Assembly (NCBI GenBank): GCA_963665235.2
Contig: CAXXLX010000001.1
Span: forward strand, 2,432,001-2,496,000
DNA: 64,000 nucleotides
Direction: 5' to 3'
Source: Candidatus Poribacteria bacterium
GTDB taxonomy: Bacteria > Poribacteria > WGA-4E > WGA-3G
Of this stretch, positions 10,483 to 20,365 are shown in pieces. Positions within the stretch are counted from its first letter, which is position 1; each line of letters begins with the position of its first letter. The notes under the pieces were generated by a model that saw only the letters and a list, made by a program, of their open reading frames with translations, had not been told where the DNA came from and searched no databases. The position numbers were made by a program, and so were the translations under genes.

Positions 10483-11022
10483 TTATGAGCTGAGCAGTTC
10501 TTGCTGTTCCCCGACAGTAGGAGCTTCATCCGCCTCGGCTTCATCGGCATCCGGGGTATCCCCGTTTTCCTCTTCGCCGTTGAGCACTTTTTGGAGGGTG
10601 ACGAGCGGTTTTTCATCGAATCCCCAATCCTTATATCTCTGAATGACTGGAGCATCCGTTGGTGAAAGTTCTACTTCAAGGGTTTTCAAGCCGTTTTCTG
10701 TAGCGGTCCCTTCGGCTGCTTTAATAAGGTGGTCAGCTACACCTAACTGTCGAAAGGGACCAGAGACAGCAAGGTCGCCGACCTGTCCAATCTCACTGTT
10801 TATTGGATGCTGTGTCACCGTGATTTGCCCGATAGCGTAACCGCTGGCATCAGCGACAAGCCGGTGTGAACGGCTATCTTCTGCTAGGTCGGCTTTGAGT
10901 TCATCCGTTACCTGCTTTTTGGTTTTTTCGGGAAAGCAGTACGATTGTAAGTGTTGTGCATCGTCCTCCTCAGCAGGACGGACTTTAAGTTTGCCTGTCA
11001 AGTCGAAATCTTGGTTTGCCAT
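10483..11022 (-). CDS. GNAT family N-acetyltransferase
   Basis: VRPAEEDD, LAVSGPFRQLGVA motif A, YKDWGF; acidic tail. Confidence 0.8.
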   Translation of the reverse strand: MANQDFDLTGKLKVRPAEEDDAQHLQSYCFPEKTKKQVTDELKADLAEDSRSHRLVADASGYAIGQITVTQHPINSEIGQVGDLAVSGPFRQLGVADHLIKAAEGTATENGLKTLEVELSPTDAPVIQRYKDWGFDEKPLVTLQKVLNGEEENGDTPDADEAEADEAPTVGEQQELLSS

Positions 11023-11279
11023 TTTTTCTCTCCTTTATTCTAAAGTTAAATGTTGGAACAGAGTTCCTACTTTTCTTATACTTAAATGTAACATAATTTA
11101 TTCTTAATTGCAAGCAAAAAATAGGAATATCTAATTTTTCTGTGCCATTTCGTAAAAAATAGTGCATTTGGAATCAACGCGGCATCACGTTCGCATTGGA
11201 TTGTGTTGACCCAAGTTGCTACCTAATATTTGTAGCAGGGAAACCATGCATTGCCTGTCGATTCCCGAGCTATTTATTT

Positions 11280-11393
11280 CAGGACTTACGCAAATTTAGC
11301 AGAAACCTCGTAGGGGCGGGGTCTCCCCGCCCGCTAGGTCTGCCTCTAGATCCCACTATCATTAGGGTTTATCAACGCGCTGCGTAAGTCCTG
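11280..11393. mobile_element. 114-bp MITE carrying an internal GTAG REP
   Basis: Perfect 13-bp TIR CAGGACTTACGCA / TGCGTAAGTCCTG, TATTT on both flanks, internal GTAGGGGCGGGGTCTCCCCGCCC at 11310-11332. Confidence 0.75.
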
Positions 11394-11438
11394 TATTTAA
11401 ACTTCATACAGATTATGCTACAAAGGTGGTAACTTAGA

Positions 11439-13862
11439 CTACATTGGCTCCGGGACAATCTCCGCGGGGTCGTTCTGCGCGTCATCCTCGTCGGTTTTAA
11501 GCATGTTTTCCTGTCCGATTCGCAGTTGCCGTTCCGCATCGACAACATCTCTATTAATTTTACCGATGCAGCGATTTAATTTTTCAACGAGTGTGGTGTG
11601 GCCTGCCACTGCCCGGCGGATTTGTCGGAGTTGGTCAATCACAAGGCGAAAGATGCGAACGAAATCACCATCATCTATATTTGCATAGTCTGTCAAATCA
11701 TTGAACTGACAGCCGCGGCTCCATGCCAACATTGCGGCACACAACTGCGGTTCCAATGGCGGTGTCATTTCCGCAACTTTGTGCTTGTGTTCTACCTTTT
11801 GGATGTCCACAATTTCGTTCCAGGCTGCCTCTAGAATTTCCAAAAACCGTTCATCGATCAATTTTTTCGAAAAGCTATCTTTGCGGGCTTCAGTCACAAT
11901 AGCGACGAGGAGACAATTGATTTCATCCTCGGTTAAGCGTTCGAAAAAACCGCTGAGAAGCAGCTGCGTCAGTTGGAGTTCGTGGCCGTAGAGATGCGAT
12001 GCAGTTTTCCCGCGCGGAAGAAGCGTTTGTTCCCCAATATACCCGAGTGTTTCGAGCACCTTGAGACGTGCTGTTAACTGATTGGGTTTATAATTCTCAG
12101 CGCTTTGTTGCTGTTTCTTGATAGTTTGAACCTGTCTTTCCGATTTACGGATTTTTTGATACCGCCGCGTACACTCTTTACGCTTGTGGCATTCATGACA
12201 CAGATGTGATTCCGCTTGGGTGATAAGTTGGTTTATCTCGGAATGAAACTGTGAGATTTCCTTCTCCCGTTCCTTCCTATGTGATTTCCCGCGTGGGGTT
12301 TTCAATCTCAAGGCACTTATCTCTAGGTGTATCTGTTCGACTTTCTGGCCGGTTCTCCCCCTGAGCTGGTGATATTCCGTAATCTGTTTCATCCCTTCAA
12401 TGTTGTCATGAATACATTGGGGCGAGGGGAGGGCATCGAGTTTTTTCTCCAATGCCTCACTTTTCTTTTTAAGCTCCGCAATCCGCTTGTAATTTTGATA
12501 GTTGCTCAGGCTCATCGTGTAGACATCGTAAATATCCTCGCCATATTTTTCGTATAGATTGAGTATACTGGCGTACGAGAGATTGAATTGGCTGATAATC
12601 GGTTCAACTTTTTTGGAAGTAGTTTTATTAATCTCTTCCGCAACAGCGTAGCGTGGCACCACTTGTGCATAGACATAGCCGACTGTGTCAATCCCGCGTC
12701 TGCCAGCGCGCCCTGCCATTTGGTGGTATTCCTGTGCCTTGAGGTGCCGGAAACTGATTCCATCAAACTTCTCAAGACTGTCAAAAACGACTGAAGAGGC
12801 AGGCATGTTGATACCGACAGCGAACGTTTCTGTCGTAAAGAGGAGCTGAATTAAGCCTGAGGTGAATAGCCGCTCAACGACCTCTTTGAGTGTCGGTAAC
12901 ATACCAGCGTGATGATAGGCTATGCCTTTGCGGATTAATTCACGAAAATCTATAATTGTTTTTTCCTCAGCAATGTCAAATTGAAGGCAGAGTGCGTCAA
13001 ATTTTTCTAAAATTTCTGCCTGCTGCGCACTTTCTAGCAATTTGCACTGTGGCAAATTAGCGTAATAACGGGCGTTGACTTCGCATCCTTTGCGACTGAA
13101 GCAGAAATAGAGGCAGGGCAACTGCTTCTCCCGGGAAAGATACGGAATCAACCAGGTTTTTATTACCCCGCTCGCCTTCTGTAGTTTGTTGTTATCCGAA
13201 TTTTTAATACTCTCCCGTTTACGTCCATGCTGACTAGAGTTCTGCTGAAGTGAGCGAAGGTGTTTCAGTTTACCAATCCCGTACCCTTTGAAATAGAGGT
13301 TATGTTTCAAAGGCACGGGCCGTTTTAACTCTTCAATCACCTCAATATGAATCTCGCGAACGCTCTGCATCCACTCCGAAAACGAATTGATGTTCGAAAT
13401 TGTGGCACTTAGGCAAATGAATTTGATATGTTGTGGAGCAAAAATGATGCTTTCTTCCCAAACAGTGCCACGCGCAATATCGTTGATATAATGGATTTCG
13501 TCAAAGATGACGTGGGAGACATCCCGCAACCGCTCTATATCGTCGAAAATAGTGTTTCGGAAAACCTCCGTCGTCATCAACAGTACCTGCGCGTATGGAT
13601 TTAAAACCACGTCCCCAGTCACAATCCCGATTTTGTCGCCATATTCGGCATAAAAATCTCTATATTTTTGATTGCTCAGTGCCTTAATCGGGGCTGTATA
13701 GATAACGCGCTGATTCTCTCTGAGACACTTCTCAACCGCGTATTCAGCGATAACCGTTTTGCCCGCACCTGTCGGCGCAGTGACAACTACCGTGTTGTCA
13801 CGATTAATCGCATCAATTGCCTCCGCCTGAAACCGGTCCAATTCTAACCCTTTGTAATGCAT
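11439..13862 (-). CDS. Ski2/HelY-like DEAD/DEAH-box RNA helicase
   Basis: APTGAGKT, PIKALSNQK, DEIH, LSAT, HHAG, QMAGRAGRRG, DSHCT-like C-terminus. Confidence 0.93.
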   Translation of the reverse strand: MHYKGLELDRFQAEAIDAINRDNTVVVTAPTGAGKTVIAEYAVEKCLRENQRVIYTAPIKALSNQKYRDFYAEYGDKIGIVTGDVVLNPYAQVLLMTTEVFRNTIFDDIERLRDVSHVIFDEIHYINDIARGTVWEESIIFAPQHIKFICLSATISNINSFSEWMQSVREIHIEVIEELKRPVPLKHNLYFKGYGIGKLKHLRSLQQNSSQHGRKRESIKNSDNNKLQKASGVIKTWLIPYLSREKQLPCLYFCFSRKGCEVNARYYANLPQCKLLESAQQAEILEKFDALCLQFDIAEEKTIIDFRELIRKGIAYHHAGMLPTLKEVVERLFTSGLIQLLFTTETFAVGINMPASSVVFDSLEKFDGISFRHLKAQEYHQMAGRAGRRGIDTVGYVYAQVVPRYAVAEEINKTTSKKVEPIISQFNLSYASILNLYEKYGEDIYDVYTMSLSNYQNYKRIAELKKKSEALEKKLDALPSPQCIHDNIEGMKQITEYHQLRGRTGQKVEQIHLEISALRLKTPRGKSHRKEREKEISQFHSEINQLITQAESHLCHECHKRKECTRRYQKIRKSERQVQTIKKQQQSAENYKPNQLTARLKVLETLGYIGEQTLLPRGKTASHLYGHELQLTQLLLSGFFERLTEDEINCLLVAIVTEARKDSFSKKLIDERFLEILEAAWNEIVDIQKVEHKHKVAEMTPPLEPQLCAAMLAWSRGCQFNDLTDYANIDDGDFVRIFRLVIDQLRQIRRAVAGHTTLVEKLNRCIGKINRDVVDAERQLRIGQENMLKTDEDDAQNDPAEIVPEPM

Positions 13863-13979
13863 TCCGCCCTCCTTTACTTAAGATGTCACTTAATTAATTT
13901 AGTATAACAGATATCCGGTTTTTTGTCAAGTAATATTAACACGGTTTCCAGGGATGTGTAAAGTTTTTGTAATATGATA

Positions 13980-14528
13980 ACCTAAGTTGCCACATAGTAG
14001 CATAATCTTCCAGATTGTGCCTAGTAGCATAATCTTCCAGATTGTGCCTAGTAGCATAATCTTCCAGATTGTGCCTAGTAGCATAATCTTCCAGATTGTG
14101 CCTAGTAGCATAATCTTCCAGATTGTGCCTAGTAGCATAATCTTCCAGATTGTGCATATTTGTGTGCAAACTAAAAGTGGACGCTACAAATATTACTTAA
14201 TTATCAACGAGTTGTGCTAAATGACTTTTTGTCCAACATTATTTCACACAAACAGAACGTTTTGTCCGTGTTTCTCTTATGTTTGGACGCTCTTCAGTCC
14301 TGTATGGACGATATATTTATAGCGAAGCGTTCCCCCTTTCTCTTTAGTCCCATAGGGACGATATGTTTGTTCGACACCATCCAAATCTGTGACACCATCC
14401 AATTTTTGGTGTCTGTGAGAAACGAAAAAAAAAACAATCAGTTAACTGACACAAGTCGTTAATTATCAGCATATTTTCATTAAAGACGGTGTTTCCAGGT
14501 CTAAAAACTTATAAGTAGCAACTTGGGT
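13980..14528. mobile_element. Composite MITE containing a tandem array and a nested MITE
   Basis: TIR ACCTAAGTTGC / GCAACTTGGGT, flanking TATGATA duplication; inner element 14207-14459 with TIR ACGAGTTGTG / CACAAGTCGT and TAATTATCA duplication. Confidence 0.7.
13995..14155. repeat. Tandem array, 6 x 27-bp palindromic unit
   Basis: TAGTAGCATAATCTTCCAGATTGTGCC repeated without spacers; internal hairpin GCATAATCT / AGATTGTGC. Confidence 0.95.
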
Positions 14529-14648
14529 TATGATAGAGGAAAGGATGGAAAAGTGGATTTTGCATGTGTTGTCTGAATCGCAGATTTGCGCAGATTTTAG
14601 GGGGTGTGGATCACGGTTTTGGGGTTAAGGATGTTGTTTTTTTGATTG

Positions 14649-15062
14649 TTAATCAGCATCGTTAAGAAATTCTTCCAATTGGTTCGACTGCTGCGCGATG
14701 CGGTTCACTTGTCGACGGACCTCCGACCAAGAAATATCTCCAGCCTCCGCTGCAGCTGTAAGTTCTTTTATTCTTTTATTTCCTGCTATCAGTTCCCTCC
14801 CGATAACTTGCAGGGCCTCCAATCTTTCGACCGCTTCGATAATTTCTCTTTTCTGTTTGTCTCGAGTTTCTAGCAGTTCGAAGTAAATTTCTTTCAGTTC
14901 ATCAAAATCTTCGGTGTGGAGACCCCGTTGCTTTTGCTTCGTCTCCTCACCTACGACAATTTCGGGTTCCATGTCGTTATTCCGCTGTGTCAGCAGGGAA
15001 ACACCCGCCGTGAATAGAATAACAATGAGGATAACTATTCCCCAATACCATTTTCTACGCAT
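14649..15062 (-). CDS. Membrane-anchored coiled-coil hypothetical protein
   Basis: AAGGAGG RBS, N-terminal TM helix; N-terminus resembles the protein starting at 19564. Confidence 0.65.
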   Translation of the reverse strand: MRRKWYWGIVILIVILFTAGVSLLTQRNNDMEPEIVVGEETKQKQRGLHTEDFDELKEIYFELLETRDKQKREIIEAVERLEALQVIGRELIAGNKRIKELTAAAEAGDISWSEVRRQVNRIAQQSNQLEEFLNDAD

Positions 15063-15091
15063 TGTGAAGCCTCCTTATTTTCGACTATCCT

Positions 15092-17215
15092 TTATATCGC
15101 TGCGGTGCCGCGATAGAGGGTATTTGACGGAGCAACCTCATAATGTGAGAACTCTAATGTGAAAACGCCTCTGCCTTGTGTCATGGAGCGGAGCTGGGTC
15201 GTATATTGAAATGTCTCCGCCAGCGGGATAAGGGCGTTAATGAAATTGGACGTGTCTTCAGAAGTTGTTTCGTTGATTTGCGCACGGCGGGCATTCAGGT
15301 CTCCGATAACTTTCCCCACGTGTTCATCAGGCACAGTGATGTGTATTTGCATAATCGGTTCCAGGAGCAGGGGATGTGCTTGTCTGACCGCCTTTTCAAA
15401 GGCGAGCACGGCTGCTGCTTCAAAGGCAACTTCTGAGGAATCAGTAGCATGTGTGGAGCCCCCGATGAGTGTTACCTTAATATCTTGCAATGGATACCCC
15501 ATGAGCGCACCGTTACCCATTGCACCGTTTAGCGCGTCACGTATAAAAGGTATATATTGCCGTGGAATCTGTGTTTCATCGGTTTGGTCTTCGAATTGGA
15601 ATCCATCGTCCCGTTCCAAGGGGGCGACGGTGAGTTGCACATCGCCGTAGATGCCTTCCTCCTCCGTTTTATGGATATGTGTGCCGCGGGCTTCAGCAGC
15701 CGCACTAATCGTTTCTCGATATGCGACCTGAAGTTTACTGACACGCGCGTTCACCCCAAATTCCCTAATCATCCGGTCTGTGAGGATTTCTAGATGAAGT
15801 TCGCCCATGCCAGAGATAATCCGTTGTCCCGTCTCTTTATCGATACCGACGGTAAAGGTGGGGTCTTCGTCCATGAGTTTTTCGAGGGTTTCCTCAAGTG
15901 CGTCTGCGTCGCTGGCGCGCTCCGGTTCGATAGCGATGGAAATGACTGGCGGCGGAAAATCGATCGATTCAAGCAGAAGCGGATGTTGAACGTCTGTCAA
16001 TGTATGTCCTGTTTTGGTCGTTCGCATCCCAACGAGGGCGACGATATCACCTGCGTAAGCAGCATCACAACTCGCTTCTTTATTGGCGTGCATTTGTAGA
16101 ATTCGGTTGACCCGTTCCCGCTTTTCGGTGGCGACGTTATAGACAACTTGACCGCGCTTCAGCGTTCCAGAATAGATACGGCAGTAAACCAATTTATCGA
16201 CAGTGTCATGACTTGCAACTTTAAACGCCAATGCAGCAAAAGGAGCGGTATCGTCAGCCTCCCGAATCCCTCTTTTTGGGGGAGCAGGTGTATTTGCAAC
16301 GGCGCGTTTGGATTTTTTAGATGAGGCGGATGTCTTCAGAACGTCCCCTTGGATGGGCGGTACGTCAACAGGGGAAGGCAGATAGTCAACAACGGCATCA
16401 AGTAGTGGTTGAACCCCTCGGTTTTTTAGGGAGCTTCCGCAAAGAACTGGCACAAAGCTACCGTTAAGCGTTGCGTTGCGGATGCTTGGGAGCAACTCGG
16501 TTTTGGTAATTTCTTTACCATCGAGGTACTTTTCTAGAAGCACGTCATCTTCAGCTGCCACATTTTCCACAAGGGTTTCGTGTGCGATGTTGACTTTGTC
16601 AAGAAATTCGGGTGGAACGTCTACCGCTTGATACGTTTTGCCCTGGTCCCCTTCGTTCCAATGAATAGCTTTCATCGTGATGAGGTCAACGACTCCAGTA
16701 AAATCGCGTCCTTCTCCGAGAGGTATTTGAAGCGGGACAGGATTCGTCTGAAATCGTTCCTGCATCATCTGTAGGACGCGGTTGAAATTTGCGCCGACCC
16801 TATCCATCTTATTGACAAATGCGATACGTGGGATTTGGTAACGTTCAGCTTGATTCCAGACAGTTTCAGATTGCGGTTCCACCCCGCCGACAGCGCAGAA
16901 CAGCGCGATAGCCCCATCCAACACCCGCAATGAACGTTCGACTTCAACCGTGAAATCTACGTGGCCGGGCGTATCGATAAGGTGAATTGCGTGGTCCCGC
17001 CAGAAGCAGGTTGTCGCGGCAGCAGTAATTGTTACACCACGTTCACGTTCCTGTACCATCCAATCCATTTCAGCGGTACCGTCATCTACTGCCCCAATCT
17101 TATGTTTTTTACCGGTATAGAAAAGGATGCGTTCGGTAGTTGTTGTTTTACCAGCATCAATATGTGCCGCAATACCGATGTTGCGGACATTTTCAATAGG
17201 ATATTCGCGTGCCAT
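15092..17215 (-). CDS. fusA: Elongation factor G (stand-alone paralog)
   Basis: [51 protein letters not shown]; not flanked by rpsG/tuf. Confidence 0.93.
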   Translation of the reverse strand: MAREYPIENVRNIGIAAHIDAGKTTTTERILFYTGKKHKIGAVDDGTAEMDWMVQERERGVTITAAATTCFWRDHAIHLIDTPGHVDFTVEVERSLRVLDGAIALFCAVGGVEPQSETVWNQAERYQIPRIAFVNKMDRVGANFNRVLQMMQERFQTNPVPLQIPLGEGRDFTGVVDLITMKAIHWNEGDQGKTYQAVDVPPEFLDKVNIAHETLVENVAAEDDVLLEKYLDGKEITKTELLPSIRNATLNGSFVPVLCGSSLKNRGVQPLLDAVVDYLPSPVDVPPIQGDVLKTSASSKKSKRAVANTPAPPKRGIREADDTAPFAALAFKVASHDTVDKLVYCRIYSGTLKRGQVVYNVATEKRERVNRILQMHANKEASCDAAYAGDIVALVGMRTTKTGHTLTDVQHPLLLESIDFPPPVISIAIEPERASDADALEETLEKLMDEDPTFTVGIDKETGQRIISGMGELHLEILTDRMIREFGVNARVSKLQVAYRETISAAAEARGTHIHKTEEEGIYGDVQLTVAPLERDDGFQFEDQTDETQIPRQYIPFIRDALNGAMGNGALMGYPLQDIKVTLIGGSTHATDSSEVAFEAAAVLAFEKAVRQAHPLLLEPIMQIHITVPDEHVGKVIGDLNARRAQINETTSEDTSNFINALIPLAETFQYTTQLRSMTQGRGVFTLEFSHYEVAPSNTLYRGTAAI

Positions 17216-17250
17216 CTTTTTCCCTTGAAGTAAGTCGTGAGGTATGTTTC

Positions 17251-18261
17251 CTATGCGCCAATGTTCCACTGAAGAACAACGCCGAGTAATTTAGGATTCC
17301 ATTCAATAAGCAGTTGATACGCCTTCGGTGCCTCATTCCCTGGCACTCGATGACTTATCAACGGGGCGACTATGAACCGTTTTTCTGCGATAAGCGATAA
17401 CATCAAACGACTGTCGTCTTCACTCGTCCAGAAATTCGGGGATGATTCCTGGCGAGGACGAATTGAGTTGTGCGCGCCGTATAGGATAAGTCCTTTTTTA
17501 TGCACATCCCGATAGAAGTTGACACTTGGCGTTTCACCCCGCGTGCTCGCTAACAGCACAACCCGGGCACCCCATCCCGCTACATCTAAGGCAGTGTTAA
17601 TCGCATCTGGATGTCCCGTTGCCTCAATAACAACCGTGGGCTTGTTGCCTCTTGCAGCATTGGTTAACTGCTTTGTAAAGTCAGCATCTTCGGGGTTTAG
17701 GGTATAATCTGCTCCGACATTTTTAGAGAATTCAAGTCGGCTATCGGTCAGGTCGGCTGCGATTACCGGTACTGCGCCGCTTAGTTTTGAGAGTTGCAGC
17801 GCAAGCAAACCGATAAGCCCTTGTCCCAAGACTAACGTCGGTTCACCCAATTCAATTCGGGCTTTTCGTACCCCTTGGAGTGCAATAGCACTCAGATTAA
17901 AAAAGACAGCCTCTTCAGCAGGCATATCCGATGATTCCACCTTGAGTAGGCGACTCGGTGATGTAACAAAGTGGCTGGTGTGTCCTTGTGTTGAGGCGAC
18001 CCGTTCGCCTCTTGTATATCCGGTGACATTTTTCCCGATTTCTATCACTCTCCCGATATTGCTGTACCCTGGGCGGGATGGGTACCTGCCTTGTGCATTC
18101 GGCAGCCCTAATAAAAACGCGCGTTCTGTACCGGGGCTGATAAGTGTGCATTCTGTTGCGACGAGAACATCGTTATCGCCAATAGGTGGTAATTCAAACG
18201 TTTCAATTTCAACTTTGGCGCGACTTGACCAAACAACCCGTTGTCCTTCCATGAAACTCAA
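17251..18261 (-). CDS. MDR-family (zinc-binding type) dehydrogenase
   Basis: LISPGTE, PGYSNIG, GQGLIG Rossmann motif, VIEATG. Confidence 0.88.
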   Translation of the reverse strand: MSFMEGQRVVWSSRAKVEIETFELPPIGDNDVLVATECTLISPGTERAFLLGLPNAQGRYPSRPGYSNIGRVIEIGKNVTGYTRGERVASTQGHTSHFVTSPSRLLKVESSDMPAEEAVFFNLSAIALQGVRKARIELGEPTLVLGQGLIGLLALQLSKLSGAVPVIAADLTDSRLEFSKNVGADYTLNPEDADFTKQLTNAARGNKPTVVIEATGHPDAINTALDVAGWGARVVLLASTRGETPSVNFYRDVHKKGLILYGAHNSIRPRQESSPNFWTSEDDSRLMLSLIAEKRFIVAPLISHRVPGNEAPKAYQLLIEWNPKLLGVVLQWNIGA

Positions 18262-19114
18262 ACCTCACAAAAAATAAAGGATAGTCGTTGTCAGAAAGTA
18301 TAACACAAAAACAACAATCCTTCAAGTTTTAATTTATACTAAACTTTAGAATTAATCGGACATTCTGTTCGTCCCCATGTAGTCGGTGTTGCTCGGAGGC
18401 TTGTGCTGTAGCACAAACTTTCTAGTTTGTGGCATAAGCGTGCAAACTGAAAGTGTGCTTCTACAACATGTCCCTTTAATTCTAGATATCACTATAATTT
18501 ATACTAAACTTTGGACAATTTTAGGAGTTTGCATTTGCGGTGTTGTCAGAATCGCGGAGGACACGGAGAACACAGAGAACGCGGGAAAAAAGGGTTTGGC
18601 TAAAATCTGTAACCTACTGACAAATAGAAACGTTAAGTTAAGTATGGTAGTTGAGGATACTGTTTCCGTTTCACACACAAAGTTCGGGGGAAGCGAAAGC
18701 TTACATCGCTGCTCATCATATTTTTCTAAATGAGGATTTACCGATTTACCAATGACTACCCGATATGTTAAGACAACAATTTATAAAGAGATGCGAAACA
18801 TCTACACCTTTGTTTTGCGTTCGAGTTCGGGGTTTCCCTCGGCAAATACTCACCGGTGTTGTTTTGGCTATTGGTTAATTACTCCCCCCCTCTTATTTCA
18901 CACTTGTTAATTATTCTATTTTTTTACAAGGTCGTATCGCAGCCGTTCGCCTCAGCCGCTGCAATAGCTTCGCGCCCGCACGCGCCCTTCGTCTCCCACG
19001 GAGTGCCGCGTCGCGGGCTTTTGTTGTTTATGGCCATAGCCTCGATTTATTGTAAATCAGTGCTAAACTTAGGCTCGATTTTACTTGAAAACTTTTAAGG
19101 GAGGTTATATAATT

Positions 19115-19552
19115 ATGAAAACGAAACTTTTTACCACAAACGTGGACGTGGCAGCAGTGGCTGCATTCGGTGGACTTATCGTGACGCTGATGTTCCCGCT
19201 CTTTTCAGTAGCCTACGGATACCACCTTAGTATAATTGCCCTTGCTATCACACTTTGGGGGTTTTTGTCCTTAAGACAAATGGACACACCCCGGAAAACG
19301 CAACGGGCTGAAGCGACTCCGCCTGTTTTTCACACCCCCAAACACTACAAGAACAAGCGGAGCCTCATCATCGCAGCGGTTATCGTTTTGATGAGCGGGG
19401 GTATTCTGTTCGGGACTATTAAAATGATTGGTGCGACCCAGACAGACACCCCTCCATGGACAAAGGAGGGGCAGCAATGGCCTTGTCCTCACCCACAATC
19501 CAAATCACATTGTACGCTATTGGGAGACAGCGGACAACGTGCACAACCTTAA
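19115..19552 (+). CDS. Hypothetical membrane protein
   Basis: GGGAGG RBS, three hydrophobic segments. Confidence 0.55.
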   Translation: MKTKLFTTNVDVAAVAAFGGLIVTLMFPLFSVAYGYHLSIIALAITLWGFLSLRQMDTPRKTQRAEATPPVFHTPKHYKNKRSLIIAAVIVLMSGGILFGTIKMIGATQTDTPPWTKEGQQWPCPHPQSKSHCTLLGDSGQRAQP

Positions 19553-19563
19553 GGAGTAGAAAA

Positions 19564-20352
19564 ATGAATAGGAAAAGAATAGTCGGCATTGTTCTCCTCA
19601 TCGTTTTCATCGGTATTGCCGGTGTTTTCTATCTGATACAGCGGAACACCGACACGGAACCGGATGTTGTTTTTGAACCACCATCCGATGAGGTTATCGA
19701 ACAGGTTAAGGAGGACATTGCGGAACGGAACGCGCAGGACGCTGATAAAACAACGTCTCCAGGGGAAAACTCAGAAACGGCGCATTGGCATGCAGATGGC
19801 ACTTGGCATGGGGATGAACACGATACAACTTCCGAAACGCCAACCACACCGTCAAAAAAGTTTACCGGGAAATTGACGTATCATAAGGAACTTCTACAAA
19901 CAAACCCTGTGGAAGCACTGCAAAATGCCTGATGATGTAGCCAGCAAAGCATAGAACGCGGACATTGGAGTGCAAAATGGATACCTCCATTCCCGCCTGA
20001 TGATGTAGAGGCACAAGCATTTGCCCGCAGCCAATATCTAATCATATACTATGAGAATATCGGAAAGAACGGGACTCCCGAAGATAAAGCGGCGATAGCG
20101 GAAAGACGTCGCCTCTTCCGCGCTATCCAAGCCTATCCGCATGGTGCCCGTGTATATGATTTGCTGAAATTAACATGGCAGAACTTCGAGGAACCGATTG
20201 CAATGTACGATGAACGTGGGGCCCGTCGGTATCCCTCAAACTTTTTTCCGCAATGGCGCTCTGAAGCGGAAAAAAGAAAAGCTTACGGTGACTTTTACGA
20301 GGTTTTCGAGACACTTCCCGAGCTAGAAGAGAAGGGGTTATCGCCGAAATAA
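19564..20352 (+). pseudogene. Membrane-anchored hypothetical protein interrupted by in-frame stops at about 19930
   Basis: AAGGAG RBS, TM helix, HWHADGTWH motif; same frame continues (QQSIERGHWSAKWIPPFPPDD) after an 18-nt stop-containing insert. Confidence 0.6.
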
Positions 20353-20365
20353 AGGAGTATTTCTT

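Noticed and set aside
13995-14155. Possible CRISPR array (also 39731-39939)
   Set aside because: Units abut with no unique spacers and there are no cas genes; the repetitive ORFs over them are by-products.
18924-19037. GC-rich stretch with a 37-codon minus-strand ORF, possible sRNA
   Set aside because: No recognisable family motif or convincing structure; cannot be supported from sequence alone.
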